A DNA stretch of 48,445 nt from the IMG/VR virus record IMGVR_UViG_2571042005_000001, positions 1 to 48,445 of that record; one strand, given 5' to 3'. Source of the DNA: a virus. Lineage: Duplodnaviria > Heunggongvirae > Uroviricota > Caudoviricetes. How positions within the stretch are numbered: position 1 is the stretch's first letter; the number at the start of each line of letters is the position of its first letter. Shown in pieces: positions 43,117 through 48,445 of this stretch. A model generated the notes under the pieces. The model saw only the letters and a program-made list of their open reading frames with translations. It had not been told where the DNA came from and made no database searches. The translations under genes were made by a program, and so were the position numbers.

Positions 43117-45221
43117 GGCAGAATCACCTCCCCGGTGATGGTCATGCTGAAGCCCGCAGCGGACTGCATGCTGGCCTGAATTCCAGTGATGGTGTACCCG
43201 TCGATCACCTCCCGGTAAGCAACAGGGATCGGCAAGCACACCTTCCACTCGCGGGTCTTGCGGACCTTGCTGTTCTCCAGGATGTAACTGGCGAGGCCCT
43301 CAAGGTTCGTTTCGGTCGGGAAATCCTCCTCCTGCCTGCCCGACCCGTAAGGGTCCACATGCTCGTGCTCTCTGGGAATCAGGATGGTGTCCTCGTCGCA
43401 CTGGCAACTGCTGGAGTCCGGGGCGTTGTCGGTGGTTTCAGACTGGCTGCTGATCACCCCGCTTTTCTTCTCGACGCCCACCCAGCTTTTCCCGGTCTTG
43501 TCGAACACCGGGACGAGCTGGTCGCCGCTGGTGGTGGTCTTGTAAATCCACTGGCCATTCCCGATCGGCAACCAGGTCTCCTCGGTGACGGTGTTCACCC
43601 TCAAACCAGTGGTGAACTGCTCATTGACCGTGCCCATGTTCTCGACGGCAAGGCTGCCTGTTTTGGTGGTGAGGGTCACCCTGCGCTTCAACCACCCTTG
43701 AGGGCTCCACTCGTACAGCACTTGCGTGGTGCTCTCCGACAAAAGTTGCCCCGCAGAAGTCCCGAACTGGTAGCCCGGAATGCTCAAAATGGCCTGCTGG
43801 AGCTGCGCATTGAACGGGTAAGCCCACTCGCGGTGCTTCTGGTACGTGCTGGTCAGTTGACCTTCGCAGGTGCTGGAGTACCGCTTGTAGGTGTTGGTTT
43901 CGCTGATCGGAACCCGAGTGAACACCCGGTCCGGCAGCTTCTTCCCTTCAGGGGCCTTCACCGTCACGGTGCTGATCACCACGGTTCCTTCCCGCACCAC
44001 CTTCCCGCCCTCTTTCTGGACGCTGCTGTACGTGGTCCCCCCAGGGGTGGACGTCTCACTGCGGTCTATGTAATTCTTGCTGAGCTCGAATTCCTTCGCG
44101 GCCTGATCCGGGTCACCAGACAAATCAAAAGAAGCAAAATTTGCCTCCTCGGGCATCCCGGTGAGTTTCAGGAACCCGAGTTTCTCCCGGTAAGGGGTGT
44201 TGCTGGACGTTTCCTCGCAGTACCTGCGCAAAGTGGAGGAGGATATTCCAGCGGACCCCTTGTTTCCGCCCGGCGCGATGACCAGCAGGGTGTCATTGTC
44301 GAGGGTGGCGAAAGTCGCCCCGAGCTTGCCGTAAAAGTCATTCAGCACCTGCTGCAAGGTCTTCCCGAACGTGCTGTAATCGCTGCTGGTGCCTTGGATG
44401 ATTTCACCACTGAAAGCACTGGCAAACGAGCCGGGCAAAAAGCGCACCTGCAGGTCCGCAGCTTGAATGGCTTCCTGCAGCAACGCCCGGACAGGCTTGC
44501 GTTTCCTGAGGGCTTTTCTCTGCGAGCAGGACGCCCCAGAGCGGCCCTCCTCGGGCATTCCGGCCCACGGGATGAGCTCCGGCAGGGGCGCGCCGAGCTT
44601 CTTCTGGATGGGTGAACTGAAGTTCAATTGCGTGTCCGACCCTGAACGGGTGGTTCGGGTGCTGGACGCCCCGTTCCCCTGCAGGCGTTCCGTGGTGAAA
44701 CTCAACCGTTGCCTGTTGGCTTTGTTGGTGGCCACCACCGTGATGCGCTGCAAACTGTCCGACATCGATGCGTGCAGCCCATCGAACGTGCACTGCAAAC
44801 TCACCCCGAGGCCATCGGGCCTGCTGTACGTCCAGCTTTTCAGTTTGTCGCCCAGCACACTGGAATGCTGCGTGAACGCCCAGGATTCCGCCACCCCGGA
44901 CCGGACTGCGCCGTGGCCAGCGGGAGAGGACGCCCGCACTTCATGCCGGGAGAGGTAATCGCTCGGGCTGGTGCAGGCCCGCACTTCATGCACCGCAGTC
45001 AACTCAGGCCTGACCCGGGCCACCACCAGGTGACTGAGGTCCAGCTCGGGCATGGTGCTCGCCTGCACTTCGTGCTGCAAGCGGATGCTGGTGCTGGCTT
45101 TCACTTCATGCCGACTGAGGGTGCTGCTGCTGACCTGCACTTCATGCCGGACGCCGTAAGAGCTGCTCGCCAGCACCGTGTGCGCCAGATGGTAATCACC
45201 GTTGATCAGGATGAACGGCAT
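43113..45221 (-). CDS. Tail/baseplate hub-like protein with N-terminal HEVxAS repeats
   Basis: 702 aa, third gene after tape measure; S/T-rich. Confidence 0.6.
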   Translation of the reverse strand: MPFILINGDYHLAHTVLASSSYGVRHEVQVSSSTLSRHEVKASTSIRLQHEVQASTMPELDLSHLVVARVRPELTAVHEVRACTSPSDYLSRHEVRASSPAGHGAVRSGVAESWAFTQHSSVLGDKLKSWTYSRPDGLGVSLQCTFDGLHASMSDSLQRITVVATNKANRQRLSFTTERLQGNGASSTRTTRSGSDTQLNFSSPIQKKLGAPLPELIPWAGMPEEGRSGASCSQRKALRKRKPVRALLQEAIQAADLQVRFLPGSFASAFSGEIIQGTSSDYSTFGKTLQQVLNDFYGKLGATFATLDNDTLLVIAPGGNKGSAGISSSTLRRYCEETSSNTPYREKLGFLKLTGMPEEANFASFDLSGDPDQAAKEFELSKNYIDRSETSTPGGTTYSSVQKEGGKVVREGTVVISTVTVKAPEGKKLPDRVFTRVPISETNTYKRYSSTCEGQLTSTYQKHREWAYPFNAQLQQAILSIPGYQFGTSAGQLLSESTTQVLYEWSPQGWLKRRVTLTTKTGSLAVENMGTVNEQFTTGLRVNTVTEETWLPIGNGQWIYKTTTSGDQLVPVFDKTGKSWVGVEKKSGVISSQSETTDNAPDSSSCQCDEDTILIPREHEHVDPYGSGRQEEDFPTETNLEGLASYILENSKVRKTREWKVCLPIPVAYREVIDGYTITGIQASMQSAAGFSMTITGEVILP

Positions 45222-45231
45222 TCAGCCCCCC

Positions 45232-45579
45232 TTAACGGAACTTGGCTTCAACGTAGGCATTGTCCATGGAGAGCGGCACGGCGTCCGGAGGGACCGTCCA
45301 CTGCAAATCCACGGTGATGTGACTCCCAGGGTCGAGGGTCGCAGCGAATTCCGTGAAATCGTCGGTGAGGGGGATCCCGGACACCGATCCGATCAGGCCC
45401 CCATCGGCCATGCTGCTCTGGTTGAGCCGCAACCGCACACTGCTCACGGTTTCCGTGCCGGTGTTCTTCAACCACAAAGTGAAAGCCGGGGTGGTGGTGC
45501 CGACATCCACATCCCCGAGGTTGGTGGTGTCCCCTGCTGGGGTGTCGTCGGGCTTCGTCCAAGTGAGTTCTTTGCTCAT
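45232..45579 (-). CDS. Ig-like small tail protein
   Basis: NLGDVDVG...FTLWLKNTGTETVSSV resembles an Ig-like/ASH beta-sandwich. Confidence 0.55.
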   Translation of the reverse strand: MSKELTWTKPDDTPAGDTTNLGDVDVGTTTPAFTLWLKNTGTETVSSVRLRLNQSSMADGGLIGSVSGIPLTDDFTEFAATLDPGSHITVDLQWTVPPDAVPLSMDNAYVEAKFR

Positions 45580-45989
45580 GCGTCCTCCTGGTACTGCAAG
45601 ACGAGCTTCAGGCCGTAAACGTCGGCTTTCGGCCCGGTGGTGTTCGGGTCCATCAGTTTGCGTGGGAACGAAGGGTTCTCGGCCACCACGCAGTTCTGCC
45701 AGACGGTCAGGGTCGGTTCGGTGTAATTCTCCCTGAGGGTGATCACGTCCCCGACCTCCAAGGTTTTCAGTTGCTGGTGCTCAGCGGGCCAGAGGGGTGC
45801 GTCCTCTGGCAGTTCGATGGTGATGCGCCACACCCGGGTGGGTGCGACGCGCGTCACCCGCAGCCCATCGAGCGTGGAGACCTCATTGACCTCTTTGACT
45901 TTCTGGGCATTCACGGGCTTCTTGTGCACGGCTGGGGGGCTCGATAAGGTCACCCCGTTGATGTCGAGCACCAGAGGCAGACGGCTCAT
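45576..45989 (-). CDS. Distal tail-like protein
   Basis: 137 aa directly downstream of tape measure. Confidence 0.5.
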   Translation of the reverse strand: MSRLPLVLDINGVTLSSPPAVHKKPVNAQKVKEVNEVSTLDGLRVTRVAPTRVWRITIELPEDAPLWPAEHQQLKTLEVGDVITLRENYTEPTLTVWQNCVVAENPSFPRKLMDPNTTGPKADVYGLKLVLQYQEDA

Positions 45990-48445
45990 GGGTTTCCTTT
46001 CAGGGTTTCTTCTCTGGCCATGCCAGATTTGATGAGGTCGAGGGTTCTGCTGGCCGCCATCTGGGCGAGCTTCTCAGGGTCGTTCACTTCGTAAGCGTGG
46101 ATGTTCACGTCCCCCACGTGGATTTCGGTGTTGATGACCTGAGAGACCCGGGTGGTGCCTTCAGCGACCGGGACGGGTTTCACGCCGGTCACCTCTGGGA
46201 CTTTCAGGTTGGCGAGGCCCCGTTCCATTCCGGTCCGGACGGCCACTTCAATTCCGGCAGTCAGTTCAGAGAGGCGGTCCGGCAGGGCCTCAAAGAACGA
46301 ACTGAGGGGGTCTTTGTCCTTGAGGGAGTCGATGATGCCCTGAATGTCAGACAGGGAATCTCGGATGGTGACGGCGTTCTCTGCTGGGATTTCGAAGGTG
46401 AACGCTTCAGCGAGCGATTGCACTTGCGCGAGCCTGCTGGCCGCGTCGTTGATGTTGAAGCGGAACTGGTCGCTGCTTTTCGCCACGCTTTCCACGGCCA
46501 CCTGGGCGTTCACGAGCAGGTTCACGTCCTTGCTGACCCCGAGGCCGCGTTCATCGGCCTGGGAGAGCACCTGGTCGTATTCCTGCTTGGCTTTGGTGAG
46601 CGCCTGGAGGGCATCGGCTTGCTCCTGAGGGCTGCCGGTTTGCTGGGCTGCCTTGAGGAACGTCAGGGCGGCTTGCAGTCTGCCTTCAGCCACTCGGGTT
46701 TCATCCCGCAGTTGACTGTCGGTGAGTTCACCTCCCTGGAAGGCTTTGCGGGCCTCGCTGATCGCACTGAGCAGGTTGCTGTTCCCGGTGAAAGCGGCCT
46801 TCTGGGCATCAGCGACCCCTTTCAGGGCTTCCCGTTTGCGGTTGATGGCCTGAATCAAACCGTCCATCTTCCCGGAGGCTTCCTGTGCTTCCTGTGCGGT
46901 CAGACCGATGCCCGACCTGACTTTCTCCAGCAGAGGGGCGGTCTGCGCGGACACCAGAGCCAGTTCGCTTTCCGCCTGCATCAAATTGCGGGTGGCGAGC
47001 TCCACCCCTTCGAGGGGCACCCCGGCTGCGTTCTGCAAGTCCCGCATTTTGCCTTGCAGGGCAATGCGGAGGTTTTCACGCTCCTCAAGGGCTTTTTGCA
47101 GCTGCTCTTGCTTTTGCAGCTCAGCGGTCTGGGCTTTGGCGAGGTCCACTTGGAGGCGTTTGCGTTGCAGGAAAGTCAAATCCTGCTTCTGCAAATCCTT
47201 CTGGATCCGGCTGACCTGCTCACCGGCTTCCAGCACATCAAGGTAAGCATTCGCCACCCCGTCATCTGCCAGACCGGACAACTGGGCGAGGCCAGCAATT
47301 GCGGCATTTCTGGCTTCGACCTGCAGGAGGTTCAACTCCACCCCGAGGTCAAACAACTCACCTTGACGGTCCAGAAGCTGCCCGTACAGGCCGTTCCGTT
47401 CCGTGACCAGCTGGTTGATGCTGGCTTCGCTGTCCCCTCGGGCTTTCGCCAGCAGGATTTCACGGTCCTGGAATTGAATTTCTTGCAGCACCCCCTGAAT
47501 GCGGAGCCCCTTGACCCTGAGTAAGGCCTGCTCGCTGTCCGCTTGCCGTTCCAGCAAATCCAAGTTGCTGTTCTGCAAGGCGACGCTGGCCTTGAAGCGG
47601 TCCTGTTCCCGTTGACGCACCTGGTCTTCAAGTTCATTCCGGGCGGTCAGCAGGTTCGTTTCGGCATTCACCACCTGAAGGCGGGCCTGCAGCACATCCT
47701 GACTGCTCGCACCAGTTTGAAGCACGGAATTCAAGGTTTCTCTGGAGACGGCCAGTTCACGCTCAGCGAGCTGAACCCGCCCCTCCTGCACCTGCAAGGC
47801 ATTGCCGTCCGAGCGGTCTGATGCAGCACTCCGGTTGAGGAGGGCCGCAGCGAGATCCAACTCGGCACGCAACTGCTCACGCTTCACCCCGAGGGTGCTT
47901 TGCAGCAGGTTCTTCTGGGCTTCATACAGGGCGGTTTGCTTGCCGATCACCTCGATTTTCTGCTGCTCAATGTCCTTCGAGGACGCCCCTTGCCGTTCCA
48001 TGAACGCCAGCACCCCTTCAGCCGCCACCAATTCCTGCTCAGCCAGTCCAACCTGGGCTTGCCGGGAAGCCAGCACCTGCTGTTCCGTCACCGCGCGCGC
48101 ATTCTGGGCCTGCACCTGGGCGGAAAGCAGTGCCAGAGTGCCTTGCAAGGCACCCCGTTCACTCTGGATCCGGGCTGCGAGTTCCTGCGACCGGGCTTGA
48201 TTCAACTGCTGCTCTTTCGACAGCACCTCCACCCTCTGGCGGTCCAGTTCGACGCTCGTTGCGCCGTTCTGTTGCAGCAGGTTGAACGCTGCCCTCGCAG
48301 CGGCCAGTTCACGTTCAGCGAAAAGCACCTGCTTTTGTTTCACCTGCAGGGCTTCGCCGTCCGTGCGGGACTGGCTTTCACTGAGCTTCAAGGAGGCTTC
48401 CTGCACATCAAAGCCCCGGGTCAACGCTGCGAGCTGCTGGTCCAG
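45986..48445 (-). CDS. Tape measure protein, 3' part (5' end beyond window)
   Basis: More than 812 aa, A/Q/E/L-rich coiled coil; frame open to the window edge; C-terminal QVINTEIHVGDVNIHA tail typical of TMPs. Confidence 0.8.
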   Translation of the reverse strand: MDQQLAALTRGFDVQEASLKLSESQSRTDGEALQVKQKQVLFAERELAAARAAFNLLQQNGATSVELDRQRVEVLSKEQQLNQARSQELAARIQSERGALQGTLALLSAQVQAQNARAVTEQQVLASRQAQVGLAEQELVAAEGVLAFMERQGASSKDIEQQKIEVIGKQTALYEAQKNLLQSTLGVKREQLRAELDLAAALLNRSAASDRSDGNALQVQEGRVQLAERELAVSRETLNSVLQTGASSQDVLQARLQVVNAETNLLTARNELEDQVRQREQDRFKASVALQNSNLDLLERQADSEQALLRVKGLRIQGVLQEIQFQDREILLAKARGDSEASINQLVTERNGLYGQLLDRQGELFDLGVELNLLQVEARNAAIAGLAQLSGLADDGVANAYLDVLEAGEQVSRIQKDLQKQDLTFLQRKRLQVDLAKAQTAELQKQEQLQKALEERENLRIALQGKMRDLQNAAGVPLEGVELATRNLMQAESELALVSAQTAPLLEKVRSGIGLTAQEAQEASGKMDGLIQAINRKREALKGVADAQKAAFTGNSNLLSAISEARKAFQGGELTDSQLRDETRVAEGRLQAALTFLKAAQQTGSPQEQADALQALTKAKQEYDQVLSQADERGLGVSKDVNLLVNAQVAVESVAKSSDQFRFNINDAASRLAQVQSLAEAFTFEIPAENAVTIRDSLSDIQGIIDSLKDKDPLSSFFEALPDRLSELTAGIEVAVRTGMERGLANLKVPEVTGVKPVPVAEGTTRVSQVINTEIHVGDVNIHAYEVNDPEKLAQMAASRTLDLIKSGMAREETLKGNP

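Larger units (their letters stand above)
1..48445. mobile_element. Phage-plasmid (plasmid-like prophage), partial
   Basis: Rep, iterons and ParA partition genes occur in the same window as tape measure, tail, holin and GH19 endolysin genes; no integrase seen in the window. Confidence 0.85.

Noticed and set aside
43029-44615. Long plus-strand ORFs (also 38960-40615, 40790-42082, 46097-47524, 17193-18272, 8462-9556 minus)
   Set aside because: Antisense shadows of well-supported genes, expected in high-GC DNA
1-48445. Integrase, protelomerase/telRL site, reverse transcriptase/DGR, que/folE genes
   Set aside because: No supporting motifs or long perfect palindrome seen in this window; they could lie elsewhere on the replicon

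Overview
This window looks like part of a temperate phage that replicates as a plasmid (phage-plasmid), probably from a Deinococcus-like host. The host guess is an inference from the Rep type, the high GC and many leaderless genes with TANNNT 5-6 nt before ATG. From left to right: (1) iterons and an AT-rich inverted repeat, then a RepA-type initiator; (2) a DEDDh exonuclease, YfbU, a TGT/DpdA-like transglycosylase, a ParA plus RHH partition pair with heptad-repeat sites, an orphan DNA methyltransferase, HicAB and DUF3560; (3) a ~13 kb early region with IbrA/IbrB-like (PAPS-reductase/ParB), GNAT and SNF2 genes interleaved with hypothetical genes that share a repeated start module; (4) an accessory island with an MmeI-like RM enzyme and a HigA-ImmA/IrrE fusion; (5) on the minus strand, tail genes, a lysis cassette (holin, GH19 endolysin) and the 3' part of a tape measure gene. 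No integrase, capsid, terminase, tRNA, rRNA or CRISPR array is visible. Most notable: two leaderless, translationally coupled pairs of small secreted or membrane Cys-motif peptides (the 40-aa ORF is missing from the ORF track); two families of repeated promoter/leader elements, one with a covarying RNA hairpin and one with a 14-bp start motif in 8 copies plus a partial 9th copy inside the promoter of a small RHH-like gene; an orphan TGT-fold enzyme; and a repeat-rich non-coding gap inside the lysis cassette. All protein family calls come from motif recognition by eye, not database searches.
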